A stretch of DNA of 64,000 nucleotides from an uncultured Chloroflexia bacterium (lineage in GTDB: Bacteria > Chloroflexota > Anaerolineae > CG2-30-64-16): positions 64,001 to 128,000 of the forward strand of contig CAWEMM010000010.1 of NCBI GenBank assembly GCA_963810095.1, in the 5' to 3' direction. The notes beneath the pieces are model-generated. The model was not told the DNA's origin. It saw nothing but the letters and a program-made list of their open reading frames with translations, and ran no database searches. Made by a program: the position numbers and the translations under genes. This document shows positions 50,628 to 62,602 of this stretch, one piece after another. How positions within the stretch are numbered: the first letter of the stretch is position 1; each line of letters starts with the position of its first letter.

Positions 50628-50701
50628 CTGTTTGCGCTGCTCTGACTGATAAACGATGCCATCGGCAAGTTCGTCAGAGTCAATCAGAGCAGCGCAAACA
50701 G
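50628..50701 (+). other. long intercistronic stem-loop after livK
   Basis: CTGTTTGCGCTGCTCTGA...TCAGAGCAGCGCAAACAG, an 18-bp perfect stem. Confidence 0.65.
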
Positions 50702-50732
50702 AGTCCCTTTCTGAGTTCCCAGAGGGGTGCTT

Positions 50733-51646
50733 ATGGAGCAGTTGGCTCAGAGCTTGCTGAACGGGCTGACTATCGGCGCGTTCTATGCCCTGGTGGCACT
50801 CGGGTACACCATGGTGTACGGTGTCCTTAAGCTGATCAACTTCGCGCACGGCGACCTGTTCATGTGGGGCGCGTACCTGGGCTGGACGTTCCTGACCCTG
50901 GCGTCCTTCCTGGTGGCGAAGGCCGGCCCGTTCGCACTCGTGCCTGCGGTAATCTTCGTCATGATCACGGTCGGCCTGATCGGCGTGCTACTCGAACGCG
51001 TCGCTTACCGGCCGCTGCGCGGGCGGGCCGCTTGCCCCCCATCATCTCCGCATTGGGCGCGGCCTTCATCCTGGAAAGCGTGGCTCGCAACCTGTACGGG
51101 GCCAGCTACCTGGTCTATCCGGAAGCCGTGAACGTGCCCGGTCGCTTTCAACTGGTCGGGAGCGTGACCGGCAGCTTCACTCAGGGCTTCGTGCTGATCG
51201 CGTCGATTGCGTTGATGGCGCTGCTGTACGTCTTTGTGAACTACACGCGCACGGGCACGGCGATGCGTGCGGTCTCGCTCGACCATGACACCTCGCGGCT
51301 GATGGGCATCGACGTCAATCGCATTATTGGCATCGTCTTCTTCATCGGCCCCGCGCTGGGCGGCGCGGCAGGCATGCTCGTCGCGCTGCATTACGGCTCG
51401 TTCAACTACACCCTCGGCTGGACGTTCGGCCTCAAGGCCTTCATTGCTGCAATTCTGGGCGGCATCGGCAATATTCCGGGCGCTATGCTGGGCGGCATTC
51501 TCCTCGGCCTGGTCGAGAGCATGGGCGCGGTCTATTTGCCTGGCGGCGCGCAATGGAAGGACGTGATCGCTTACGTGATCCTCGTGCTGATCCTGATCGT
51601 CCGTCCCACGGGTATCCTGGGCGAACGCGTTGCGGAGAAGCTGTAA
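50733..51646 (+). CDS. livH: branched-chain amino acid ABC permease, frameshift near 51020
   Basis: ALGYTMVYGVL.LINFAHG, GLKAF.AAILGGIG, RPTGILG. Confidence 0.92.
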
Positions 51647-51679
51647 CGAATCCCAAGCATCCCAGTCAAGGGGGGAAGT

Positions 51680-52682
51680 GTGGCGCGAACGTCATCACTG
51701 GCGACGAGGCTGCGGCGGGTGAAGCCGGTTTATTGGGCGTTGGCCAGCCTGGCCATTGCCGTCTTGCTGCCGCTGCCCATCGGTGATTATCTGCGGTCGG
51801 TGCTCTGGCTGATCGGCATCTACGTGCTGCTCGGGCTCGGCCTCAACATCATTGTCGGCTACGCGGGCCTTTTTCAACTGGGCCATGCGGCGTTCTATGC
51901 CATCGGCGCGTATACCGCGGGCCTCCTTAACCTTTAAGCTTGGAATCCCCTTGCTGGCGACGATGCCGGTCGCCATTATCGTCGCGGGCGCAGCCGGGTT
52001 TATCGTGAGCCGGCCCATCCTGCACCTGCGCGGCGACTATCTGGCCATCGTCACCATCGCTTTCGGCGAGATCTTGCGCATGCTGCTGGTGAACAACGTG
52101 GGCGGCGTTACCGGCGGCGCGAATGGGCTTTTTGGGATCGACTCGATCGAGGTGTTCGGCTACAGCTTCGACTCCGTCCTCAGCAACTATTACCTGGTCC
52201 TCTTCTTCATTATCATTACGATCTTCGCCGTCAACCGCCTGGAGAACTCACGGCTGGGTCGGGCATGGATGTACGTCCGCGAGGATGAGACCGCGGCCGC
52301 AGCGATGGGCATCAATACGGTCCAGATCAAGGCGATCGCGTTCGTGCTCGGCTCGGCGTGGGCCGGGCTGGCGGGCGTGCTGTATGCCAGCCGCATCGGT
52401 TCCATTTCACCCGACCTGGGCAGCTTCCTCGAGTCGGTGATCATGTTCTCGATCGTGGTGCTCGGCGGCGTGGGCTCCATCCCCGGCGTCATCGTCGGCG
52501 CCATCGGCATGATCGGGCTGCCCGAGCTCTTCCGGTTCGTCAAGGACTGGCGCGATGGTTTCGTGGGCCTGGCGATGGTTCTGATGATGATCTTCCGGCC
52601 TGCCGGTCTCTTGCCCAGCCGGCGCGTCGTAGAAGAGCTCGAAACGCACGAAGTGGCTGCGCAGCAGTCCGGCGTGGTCTGA
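51680..52682 (+). CDS. livM: branched-chain amino acid ABC permease, frameshift near 51935
   Basis: GLNIIVGYAG, LRGDYLAIVT, SRLGRAW..VREDE.AA. Confidence 0.92.
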
Positions 52683-52695
52683 GGAGTGTCAACAC

Positions 52696-53466
52696 ATGGC
52701 GTTGCTTGAGGTGAACGGCCTGACGCGCTCCTTCGGCGGGTTGATGGCCGTGTCGGCCGTCGACCTGCGCATCGAGCGCGGAGAGATTATGGGCATGATT
52801 GGCCCGAATGGGGCCGGCAAGACGACCGTCTTTAACCTGCTCACCGGCATCTACCGGCCCGACAAGGGGACGGTGGTGTTTGACGGCCGCGGCCTGGTTG
52901 GGCTGAAGCCGCACGCCATTGCCGCTTCAGGCATGGCGCGTACCTTTCAGACCATCCGCTTGTTCCCCAACATGACCGTGCTGGAGAACGTGATGTCGGG
53001 CCGCCACTGCCGGACACGGGCGGGCGTATTTGGTGCGCTGATCCGGCCGTCGTCGCAGCGGTCAGAGGAACAGGCCATCCGCAGCGAGGCCGAGCGACAC
53101 CTGAAATTCATGAACATCTGGCATTTCCGCAACGAGCTGGCGAAGAACCTGCCCTACGGCGACCAGCGCCGGGTGGAGATTGCCCGGGCTCTGGCAACGG
53201 ATCCGAAACTGCTGGTCCTCGACGAACCGGCGGCCGGCCTTAACGAGCACGAGAGCGCTGAGCTGATGACCCTGATTCGCGGCATCCGTGACATGGGTGT
53301 GACCGTCTTTTTGATCGAGCATGACATGAAGGTGGTCATGGGGGTGTCAGACCGGGTGATGGTGCTGGATAATGGGCAGAAGATCGCGGAGGGGACACCT
53401 GTCGAGGTGCAGGCGAACCCCCGGGTGATCGAGGCCTACCTGGGCCGTGAGGAGGAGGAGAACTAG
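52696..53466 (+). CDS. livG: branched-chain amino acid ABC ATPase
   Basis: GPNGAGKTT, RTFQ, LPYG, DEPAAG, EAYLG. Confidence 0.94.
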   Translation: MALLEVNGLTRSFGGLMAVSAVDLRIERGEIMGMIGPNGAGKTTVFNLLTGIYRPDKGTVVFDGRGLVGLKPHAIAASGMARTFQTIRLFPNMTVLENVMSGRHCRTRAGVFGALIRPSSQRSEEQAIRSEAERHLKFMNIWHFRNELAKNLPYGDQRRVEIARALATDPKLLVLDEPAAGLNEHESAELMTLIRGIRDMGVTVFLIEHDMKVVMGVSDRVMVLDNGQKIAEGTPVEVQANPRVIEAYLGREEEEN

Positions 53467-53470
53467 CCCC

Positions 53471-54208
<738 letters not shown>

Positions 54209-54209
54209 C

Positions 54210-54307
54210 GAATGGGACGCAGAGCCGACTGATCGACCTGATTTGCTGGATGTTTCGCGGAAAGGATCAGGGAAATCAGTCCGGCCAGTTCAATCTGCGT
54301 CCCATTC
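54210..54307. repeat. family B palindrome between convergent genes
   Basis: GAATGGGACGCAGA...TCTGCGTCCCATTC with internal CTGAT/ATCAG units. Confidence 0.8.
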
Positions 54308-54311
54308 TTGT

Positions 54312-55286
54312 TTACAACTCCAGCCAGGTCCCGATCCCACGCTCCAACGCCCGGCGGTAGACGATGGGTGCGGTGGCCATGTCGTCCAGCGCCAGGCCCA
54401 GGTTGCAGCCAATCGTCCGCTCGGTCGCCGTCTCGCGGCCCGGCTTCTGCCCGGTGACCAACTCGCCGAGGCTGGCGTAGATGGGCGGGATGGACTGGAA
54501 GTAGCCGTGTTCGCGGTAGTACTCCAACTGCGGGACGTCGTCCGTGCAGAATTTGTCCACCTCCTGCAGCGCCGCACCGTCCCAGTAAGAATCGTAGTCC
54601 ACCAGTGAGGCAAACGCGCCCGGCTCCAGCCAGCCCGACTGGATGGTTGCATGAGGTTGCCGCAGAATCGGGCCGGCCGTCACCACCATGTCGCACCCGC
54701 TCACGGCGTCCCGCGGGTTGGTGACCACGGTCACCTCGAGCCCCAGACGATCCCGCATTTCTTGTGCATAGTGCACTGCGCTCTCCGGCTTGCTGTCGTA
54801 GGCCATCACCTGCCTGACCGGGAACGCACACTTGAGCGCTTCGAGATTCGTGCGGCCCTGCACCCCGCAGCCCAGGATGCCTACGGTCGAGGACTCGGGC
54901 CGCGCCAGGTAGCGGGCCGCGAGGGCGCTCGCCGCTCCGGTTCGCATGCCGGTGATCCAGGTGCAGTCCATCACCGCCAGCGGCAGGCCCGTCTCATCGT
55001 CGTTGAGGATGAGCAGCCCGCTAATATAGGGCAACCCCTTCGCCTGGTTGGTCGGGTAGCCGCTGACCCACTTCATGCCAATGGCATGGAGCGCAGGGAT
55101 ATAGGCCGGCATCGCGTGGATGAACGCGTCCGGTTGCGAATGCACGCCGGGCTTCGGGGGCATTTCCGCATGCCCGAGCCCGTGCTCGTGGAATGCGACG
55201 GCGAGTGCATCGATGATCTCGGGCATCGTGACGCCCGCGGCTTCGACGTCCGCACGTGACAGGTACAGGAGTTTTGTGGCAGACAT
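54312..55286 (-). CDS. ornithine cyclodeaminase/mu-crystallin family protein
   Basis: MPAY, KWVS, TGMRTGA, GCGVQG, GLALDD. Confidence 0.93.
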   Translation of the reverse strand: MSATKLLYLSRADVEAAGVTMPEIIDALAVAFHEHGLGHAEMPPKPGVHSQPDAFIHAMPAYIPALHAIGMKWVSGYPTNQAKGLPYISGLLILNDDETGLPLAVMDCTWITGMRTGAASALAARYLARPESSTVGILGCGVQGRTNLEALKCAFPVRQVMAYDSKPESAVHYAQEMRDRLGLEVTVVTNPRDAVSGCDMVVTAGPILRQPHATIQSGWLEPGAFASLVDYDSYWDGAALQEVDKFCTDDVPQLEYYREHGYFQSIPPIYASLGELVTGQKPGRETATERTIGCNLGLALDDMATAPIVYRRALERGIGTWLEL

Positions 55287-55408
55287 AGGGACTCCTTGGG
55301 GTTGTTAGGGCGAGGAAGCCTGCGGCGAAGACCGAGGCTGGCTCGCCCCTGCTGCATGGGCCAGAAGGTATTGTATCGTAACTCGGAGAGCCGTGTATAA
55401 TCGCTCGC

Positions 55409-56344
55409 ATGTCCCAGTCGCGCCCATCCCCGTCCCACGCCGCCGAACCCTCCCGCACCCTGCGTGGATATTTACTCGTACTGCTCGCCGCGACCATGTG
55501 GGCCTCGATCGGCGTGTTCTACAAGTTCCTGATCGACGAGCACGGCATGCAGCCACTCGCGGCCGCCGCGCTGCGCGGCGTGGCCGGCGGCCTGATCCTG
55601 CTGTTGACGCTGCTTGTGCTGCGGGCTAACCTGCGTGTTCCCCGCCGCGAATGGCCCGGGTTCCTTGCCTATGGGGTTTTCGGCGTGGCCCTGTTCTTTA
55701 TCTGCTACGTGAACGCCATTAACCTCACCGGCGTCGCGGTTGCCGCGGTGCTCATGTACACGTCGCCGGCCTGGGTCGCCGCGATCTCGTGGCGATGGAT
55801 GGGGGAGAATTTGGGCCGGCGCGGCCTGGCTGCCCTGGGCCTGGCGCTGCTCGGTGCGGCGCTCGTCGCCCAGGTCTACGACATCGCCCAGCTGCAGTTG
55901 AACTGGCTGGGCGTGCTCTTCGGGCTGGCGGCCGGCCTGACCTACGGCCTGTACAGCGTCTTCAACAAGGTGCTCGTGCGGCATAACCGGCCGTGGGTGG
56001 TGCAAGTGTACGGCTTGCTGATCGGCGCAGCCGTGCTCCTGCCGCTCACCTCGCCCGTCCAGATGGCAAAGGGGCTGGCGAGCACCGACACGCTGCTCCT
56101 GGTGATTGGGATGGGGATCGTTCCGACGCTGCTGGCGAGCATGGCCTTTGCGTTCGGGGTGCAGTGGGTGCCCGTGAGCGTCGCGGCCATCGTGGCGACC
56201 TTCGAGCCGGTCGTCGCCACGTTCTTCGGGTATGTGTTGTTTGGCGAGCGCCTGGATCCGCTGCAGTGGGTGGGGACGGCCTGCATCGTCAGCGCCGTCC
56301 TGCTGCTCCGGCCATCTCAACGGGCCGACTCAGCCGTGGCTTAA
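55409..56344 (+). CDS. EamA/DMT-family transporter
   Basis: About 10 TMs, YTSPAWV, EPVVA....LFGE. Confidence 0.92.
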   Translation: MSQSRPSPSHAAEPSRTLRGYLLVLLAATMWASIGVFYKFLIDEHGMQPLAAAALRGVAGGLILLLTLLVLRANLRVPRREWPGFLAYGVFGVALFFICYVNAINLTGVAVAAVLMYTSPAWVAAISWRWMGENLGRRGLAALGLALLGAALVAQVYDIAQLQLNWLGVLFGLAAGLTYGLYSVFNKVLVRHNRPWVVQVYGLLIGAAVLLPLTSPVQMAKGLASTDTLLLVIGMGIVPTLLASMAFAFGVQWVPVSVAAIVATFEPVVATFFGYVLFGERLDPLQWVGTACIVSAVLLLRPSQRADSAVA

Positions 56345-56378
56345 GAGGATTCCCCCGGTTCTTTCGTCCCCGCGCCGG

Positions 56379-57287
56379 TTACGGCGCAAACTCCCAGATG
56401 AGGGCCATTGCCGCAATGGTGATGAGCGCGTACTCCACCACGATGCGCCGGCGAACGCGGCCGTGCAGCGCGTGCTGCGACAGGCCGACCACGTCGTAAA
56501 ACAGGACGAGCAAGACCAGGCCCCCCGTGAGGCTGTCGAGCCGCCAGTAGTTCAGCGCCCAGGTGGCTTGCCCCAGCACCAGTCCGGTGATGCCGGCATA
56601 GAGTGCCACCATGATCGTGGGCCGATCGCTGCCCCGGAGCAGTTCCAGCGCCAGCAGGCTGCTGACGAGCAGCACTTCCGTGGCCGAGAGGACGCTGCGC
56701 GTGCGCGTGCGGTACACGACGAGGAACAGCAGCAGCGCGAGGGCATAGGTGAGGGCGTTCATGCCCAGGCGCGCCCGGCGGTAACCGCGCTGGAATGGAT
56801 CGATCGTGTAATAGATTCCTGCAAGCGCCAGCCCCAGGGTGACCCCGGCGCCAATCAGGCCCAGTACCCAGTACACTGCGGAGGGCGCAAGCGGCAGCAG
56901 GAAGATCGCGACGAGGATCAGTGCGACGGGCGCACCCCAATAGATCCAGTGACTCTGGCCGACGAGTGCCGCCCGTTCTTGCGCATCCAGCGGGTGCGGC
57001 GCGACCGGCGTTGCGCTGCTCCCGTACTCCCGCCTGCGGGCGCGACGGGTGGGCGCAGGTTCGCCCTTAGGATGTGCGCGCACCACCGCCTCCGTGCCCG
57101 AGGCCGCCAGGCCGGTCAGGAGGACGGCGAGGATCGTATTGGCCGTGATGGTCAGCGTGATCGGCGAGCCGAAGATTTCTGACGTGAAGCCGCGTTCGGG
57201 TAGGACGAGGAACTGCTGCGCTGCGAGGCCCATGAGAACGACCCAGATCATAACACTGGCGCGGTCCCGATAGTCGGTTAATGACAT
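56379..57287 (-). CDS. integral membrane protein (DUF5656-like)
   Basis: Multiple TMs, HP motif, WALNYW, EY near the C-terminus; family assignment tentative. Confidence 0.65.
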   Translation of the reverse strand: MSLTDYRDRASVMIWVVLMGLAAQQFLVLPERGFTSEIFGSPITLTITANTILAVLLTGLAASGTEAVVRAHPKGEPAPTRRARRREYGSSATPVAPHPLDAQERAALVGQSHWIYWGAPVALILVAIFLLPLAPSAVYWVLGLIGAGVTLGLALAGIYYTIDPFQRGYRRARLGMNALTYALALLLFLVVYRTRTRSVLSATEVLLVSSLLALELLRGSDRPTIMVALYAGITGLVLGQATWALNYWRLDSLTGGLVLLVLFYDVVGLSQHALHGRVRRRIVVEYALITIAAMALIWEFAP

Positions 57288-57493
57288 TGGAGATGGTTCC
57301 CTCAGAGGCTTCATTTTATCCGGCGGTCAGACCTTTGTCAAAGCAGCCGTGCTGTGACCTGGTTCGTTTGGAACAGGTGCTTGACAAGCTCTTCGAAAGC
57401 GTGATACAAAGTCTGAGGGCCAACCGGCGCGGCTCAAGATCGCCCTAAAAGGGTGGACGTCGCGGCGGGTTTGCTTCGCTAAGGAGGGCTGTT

Positions 57494-59538
57494 ATGCAGG
57501 CAAGTCTCACACCCGGGAAGCGTGCGCTCCTCATCGGCATCAACCAATATCCTAACCTCGCACCGCGGTTTCAGCTTAACGGCTGCGTCAACGATGCCTT
57601 GCTGCTGCAGAGCATTCTCACAGATCGTTTTGGCTTTGCAACCGAGCACATCCGACTGTTGTCTGACGAAAAGGCGACCCGCGACGCAATCCTGGCCGCA
57701 ATGGATGCCTTGGCCGACGAGACACAGCCGGACGATATTGTCGTGCTGAGTTATAGTGGGCACGGCTCTCAGATCCGGGATCGTGAGGGCGACGAGGCGG
57801 ACGGGCTCGACGAGACGATCGTCCCCTACGACAGCGGCCGCAGCCCGTACCCCAACCGCGACATTACGGATGACGAGATCTACCTGCGGCTGCTGCGCCT
57901 GAGCCAGAAGACGGCGAACATTACGATGATCTTCGATTGCTGCCATTCCGGGACGATTAACCGGGATGCGTTCGGCGAGGGCTCGCGCTGGGTCGACCCG
58001 GACCTCCGGGACGACGACATGCTGCCCCCGCCCACTCAGCTCGCCCCCGAGATGCTGGCAGGACTGCGCCGGGACGTGGATTCGGCCGCAGGCTGGCTCC
58101 CGGTGGCCAATCGCTATGTCCTGGTTGCAGGCTGCCGTGATGACCAGAGCTCCTACGAGTACGAAGACCGCCAGCCCGACGGGCAGCGGACGCCGCACGG
58201 TGCGCTCAGCTTCTTCCTGGGCCGCGAGATGACGGCCGCCGAACCGGGCGTCACCTATCGGGATGTGTTCGAGCGGGCCAGCATCCAGGTGACTGCGGTA
58301 CGGCCCTACCAGAACCCGCAGATGGAGGGTGCGATCGACCGCGAGCTCTTCGGCGTGCGCGACATCCAGCCCATGCGCTATGTGTCCGTCCTGCAGCGGG
58401 GCTCGAACCGGGTCACGCTGGCGGCCGGCGCAGCACACGGGATCACAACCGGGTCCACCTTCGCCGTCTACCCCGAGGGCACACGGGGAACGGCCGGCGA
58501 GGCAGCCGGGACGGTTAAGGTGACCCAGGTGCTCGCGGCCACGTCGATGGCCGACATCATGCAGGAAAGCAGCACCATGAAGATCGCGGCCGGCGCCCGG
58601 GCGGTGGAGCAAACCCACGTCTACGACGCGATGCGGCTGGGGGTCCAGGTCAGCGCTCCGGCAGGCTACGAGCGGGCAGTCCAGGAGCTCGCGGACCAGA
58701 TCAAGGCATCCGCTTCCCTGCAGTTGGCGTCCAACGAGGCCGACGCCGACATGCGGGCGTATGTCATCGCGCCCCGCCAGGCGGCGAGCGCGAGCGACCC
58801 TGCACCGCAGCTGGGCGCAGTCCGCGAAGCGACGTGGGCAGTAGTGGGACGCGATGGGCGGGTTGCGATGCCGCTGCACGCGGTGAGCGAGCCCGACGTG
58901 GCCCCTGTGCTGGTGGAGAACCTGGAGAAGATCAGCCGTTACCGAGCTGCGCTGGCACTGCGGAACCCGAACCTCAACAGCGGGCTGAAGGGGAAGATCG
59001 CGTTCACGCTGCTGCGGCAGGGGCTGGACGGGTCGTGGGAAGAGGCGCAGGCTGCGGAGGTGGGCGGAAGCGTTACGTTCCAGCAAGGCCAGAGCGCGGC
59101 CTTCCGGATCACGAGCCGGCATAACGCGCCGGTTTACTTCAGCGTGCTCGACTTCGGGCTGTCCGGCGCAATCAGCCTGCTACATCCCTACAACGCACCG
59201 AGCGCCGAGTTAGCGCCGGGGCAGACGATCGAGATCGGCACGCGACCGGGTGAGCAGATCGAGCTTTACATGCCCGACAATTTCCCGTTCATCCCCGACC
59301 CCGTGCTTGGGACCGTCACGTCCGGGGCCGAGACGTTCAAGTTGTTCGTCACGTCGCAGCGCTCGAGTTTCCAGTCGCTCATCCAGGGTGGAACCGCGAG
59401 GCCCGCGATCTCAATCCGCTCGAGAGCCTGCTGGGCATGGCGCTGACCGGCCAAGGCACGCGCGACGCGCGGCCCTTGAGCATGGGCCCGGGCGACGACT
59501 GGACCACCGCTGAGTGCTCGTTCGTGTTGACCTGTTGA
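57494..59538 (+). CDS. caspase-family (C14) protein with long C-terminal region, frameshift near 59395
   Basis: ALLIGIN.Y, L.GCVND, YSGHG, DCCHSG, HGALS; the second frame ends DDWTTAECSFVLTC*. Confidence 0.88.
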
Positions 59539-59580
59539 CCGTCGTTGGAGGTATGACGACCTGCCGCTATAATGGCCGGC

Positions 59581-59949
59581 ATGGAACTTGATGAGTTTGC
59601 CGAGCTCGTGACCGAGGCAGTGGACCTGCTGCCCGATCAGTTTAAGGAAGCGCTCGACAATGTCGAGATCGTGATTGAGGACTGGCCTTCATGGAACACC
59701 ATGCGGCTGGCCCACGTGCGCTCGAAGTACGAGTTGTTGGGGTTTTACCACGGGGTGCCCAAGACTGTGCGAAACTCGGGGTATAACCTGGTATCGCCGG
59801 ACAAGATCAGCATCTATCAAGGGCCGATTGAGGCCCAGTGCAGCTCGCCGGAAGAGGTGCGGGAGATGGCGCACCGGGTGGTGCTTCACGAGCTGGCCCA
59901 CCATTTCGGGATCGACGACGACCGGCTCCATGAACTGGGGGCGTACTGA
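59581..59949 (+). CDS. minimal zincin-like metallopeptidase (Zincin_1/DUF1025)
   Basis: LLG.Y.GVP, PDKI.IY..PI, HELAHHFG. Confidence 0.9.
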   Translation: MELDEFAELVTEAVDLLPDQFKEALDNVEIVIEDWPSWNTMRLAHVRSKYELLGFYHGVPKTVRNSGYNLVSPDKISIYQGPIEAQCSSPEEVREMAHRVVLHELAHHFGIDDDRLHELGAY

Positions 59950-59984
59950 GGTCGCCTGACCAGCTCCCACGGATGACCGAATAA

Positions 59985-60033
59985 GAAACCCGGTTTCTGC
60001 ACCGCCAGCCACGCTGGGGCGAAACCGGGTTTC
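59985..60033. repeat. family C repeat pair
   Basis: GAAACCCGGTTTC...GAAACCGGGTTTC between convergent genes. Confidence 0.75.
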
Positions 60034-60054
60034 CTTATCCTGCCGGCAATTGTC

Positions 60055-61950
60055 TTACGGCGTCGCGGACGTTGTCTTCCCCGGCACGTTCGTCCCCGGA
60101 CCGTACAGGTACACGGCTTGCCACGGCCGGTACTTGCTGACCAGCTTGTCCGCTTTCACCGTCCCGTCCCCGTAGCGAATGGTTCGGGTGACGACCGCGT
60201 CCATGCCTTCCTTGGCCCAGTCCACCTGCTTGATCTGCCCCGACTTCAGCGACGCGTCCTGCTGATAAGAAGGCGGCGGAGCGGGCTGCCGGTTACTGAT
60301 CACCGGCTCTGATATCTCCACCGTGCGATCTGGCTTGGTCCCGTAGATGGAGAACGTCAGGGTTCCTTTAGCCTCGTTCCAACTCGACTTGACCAGGATG
60401 AAATGCCCCGTGTCGTTCTTGAAGCGGAAGTCGACGTTGGGTGTGAAAATACTGGCATCCAGCCCCGGCTTGCCATACCATCCGACGACATAGCCGTGCG
60501 CCCAGCGCTCCACGATCGGGAAGCCGCCCGTGTAAGCTGCGCGGAACGCCGTGGTGGACACCTGGCAAACGCCGCCGCCGATGCCGACGGCGGTCCGGTC
60601 GCCGGCGATGACCAAGGCATCGATGAAGCCGTTGGCGGCATTAACGTCGCCGACGACGCGGTTGAACGAGAAGTCTTCGCCCGGAGCGACAACTGCATGG
60701 CCGAACTTGCCGGCTGCGTTCAGGACGTTATGAACGCGTTCGGGCGGCGAGCCCTTGTACGTGCTCGTGCCTTCGGCAACTAATTCGACGATGCCCATTT
60801 CGTCGACCCGGGTCGTGTCGATTTTCGGCTGCACGGGCGTGACGGGCAGCACGACTTCTTGCTGGGCCGGCGCGCCGTTTTCAGTTGCCTGCACGGGCGA
60901 ACTCAAGGCCGCGATCACGGCAGCGGCGCCCGCGTCAGCGTCCGCTTTCTGGCCGCGCTCGCTCGCCTGCAGGACCACGACCTTGGCGGCCTCCCGGTCC
61001 CAGTCGACGCTGCCGTCGAATGCGGGGCGGTCCAACTGCTTGGCGACTCCGGCAACGAACGCCTTGACCTGCTCCTCGTCCAGCTTGATCTCGAGGTCGA
61101 CCGACCCGTCGGGCAGTGTCGTGGGGGTGAGCGTGAGCCAGCCGCGCACCCGAGCCGCGTCCGCGGAGAATAGCTGTGGACCGCTTAGGGTATCGGCTTT
61201 GAGGACAACCGAGCGGCCGAGCACGGTCTTGGCTTTCGCCACGGCTGCGTCGACTGAGAGGATGGCCGGCCGCCGTTCTTGCCACGGCACGTCGACCACC
61301 TCGCCCCTGCCGCCGCGTACCGCTTGAGCAAGCGCCGTGCGGGTGCCTTCGATGTCCATGACTCTGCCCAGGCGACCGGGCGTGCCGGTCACCTGGAGCC
61401 CGTCGATGGTCAGCTTGCCTTCGACGGGCGCAATGTTGACTTCTTCGGCGATGCGGGCCACCACCTGGGCCTGCAGGTCCTCGTTGCGCGCCAGGACAGG
61501 CTGCACCGCAACCCCGCCCCGCATGGCCTCCCACTGGTCTGCCATGTCGCGCTGCAGCCCGTCGAACATTGCGAGCACGGACCCCGTACCGTTCGACGCC
61601 AGGCCGTGACGTCCGACGGCAAATGCCTGGCTGGCGGTCGCGCTGGTGTCTACCGAGACGCCGAGGTCCCCGGCAGAAAGGATCCACTGCTGATCGCCAA
61701 AGCGCAGTGTGACGTCCGGTCCGGGATAGGGGGTGAGCGCGTCATGCACGACCGACTCGGCCTCGTCGACGGTCAACCCGCCCAGCGGGACGCCGCCGAC
61801 GCTCACACCGGGGTAAATCTTGTCGGCATAGTGCCATTGATACCACGCGAGCAGGCTGATCGCGGCCAGCACAAGCAGGCCCGCGCTCATTACTATCGGG
61901 AAGAGACAACCTAGGCGCGCCTGGCGCCTGGGCATTGGAGTATTTGCCAT
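60055..61950 (-). CDS. VanW-family protein with peptidoglycan-binding repeats
   Basis: TM anchor, IYPGV.V.GV.LGG.T, FSFN, GGGVCQVSTT, DFRFKNDT. Confidence 0.9.
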   Translation of the reverse strand: MANTPMPRRQARLGCLFPIVMSAGLLVLAAISLLAWYQWHYADKIYPGVSVGGVPLGGLTVDEAESVVHDALTPYPGPDVTLRFGDQQWILSAGDLGVSVDTSATASQAFAVGRHGLASNGTGSVLAMFDGLQRDMADQWEAMRGGVAVQPVLARNEDLQAQVVARIAEEVNIAPVEGKLTIDGLQVTGTPGRLGRVMDIEGTRTALAQAVRGGRGEVVDVPWQERRPAILSVDAAVAKAKTVLGRSVVLKADTLSGPQLFSADAARVRGWLTLTPTTLPDGSVDLEIKLDEEQVKAFVAGVAKQLDRPAFDGSVDWDREAAKVVVLQASERGQKADADAGAAAVIAALSSPVQATENGAPAQQEVVLPVTPVQPKIDTTRVDEMGIVELVAEGTSTYKGSPPERVHNVLNAAGKFGHAVVAPGEDFSFNRVVGDVNAANGFIDALVIAGDRTAVGIGGGVCQVSTTAFRAAYTGGFPIVERWAHGYVVGWYGKPGLDASIFTPNVDFRFKNDTGHFILVKSSWNEAKGTLTFSIYGTKPDRTVEISEPVISNRQPAPPPSYQQDASLKSGQIKQVDWAKEGMDAVVTRTIRYGDGTVKADKLVSKYRPWQAVYLYGPGTNVPGKTTSATP

Positions 61951-62083
61951 AACGCTCCCTGGACGTCTCGCGCCGCCAATTGGTTTCAGCGGCGGGCGTT
62001 ATTGCTGGCGATGCTAATGGCTAATTGTATCATAGCGGGGATTATTTGACAAGAGGCGTTCTGCAAAACGCGTGGGTAACTTT

Positions 62084-62147
62084 AACCACAAAGACACGAA
62101 GGACCACAAAGTCTTTGCGCGACTTTGTGTCTTCGTGTCTTTGTGGT
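62084..62147. repeat. family A palindrome downstream of rplL
   Basis: ACCACAAAGACACGAAGGACCACAAAGTC...GACTTTGTGTCTTCGTGTCTTTGTGGT. Confidence 0.85.
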
Positions 62148-62176
62148 GCAAACCTAAGATCGCGCGTGAGCGCGTC

Positions 62177-62563
62177 TTACTTGACCTCGACCTCGGCGCC
62201 TTCGGCCTCGAGCTTCGCCTTCGCGTCGCCGGCGGCGGCCTTGGAGACGGCGGTCAGCACGGGCGCGGGCGCGCCCTCGACCAGGTCCTTGGCTTCCTTG
62301 AGGCCCAGGTTGGTCAGTGCGCGGACGGCCTTGATGACGTTGATCTTGTTGGCGCCGAAGCTCTTCAGCACGACGTCGAACTCGGTCTGCTCCTCAACCG
62401 GGGCAGCAGCCTCGGCCGCGGGGGCCGCGCCGGCGGGCATCGCACCCATCATCATGGGGGCCGCAGCGGTGACGCCCCAGCGGGCTTCCAGATCCTTAAC
62501 GAGCTGGGAAAGCTCGAGGACGGTCATCTTATCGAGTTCGGCCAACAACTCATCACGAGACAT
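62177..62563 (-). CDS. rplL: 50S ribosomal protein L7/L12
   Basis: [29 protein letters not shown]. Confidence 0.98.
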   Translation of the reverse strand: MSRDELLAELDKMTVLELSQLVKDLEARWGVTAAAPMMMGAMPAGAAPAAEAAAPVEEQTEFDVVLKSFGANKINVIKAVRALTNLGLKEAKDLVEGAPAPVLTAVSKAAAGDAKAKLEAEGAEVEVK

Positions 62564-62602
62564 GAGATATCCTCCTGGTATAGTAACTGGTGTTTGATTA
62601 GC

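Noticed and set aside
57479-59122. Long antisense or alternate-frame ORFs (also 17398..19557, 27331..29124, 10924..12345, 49464..50849, 5569..6870)
   Set aside because: They are shadows of well-supported genes in high-GC DNA and carry no recognisable motifs.
60055-61950. VanW as evidence of vancomycin resistance
   Set aside because: VanW-domain proteins are widespread cell-envelope proteins, and no vanHAX/RS genes are present.
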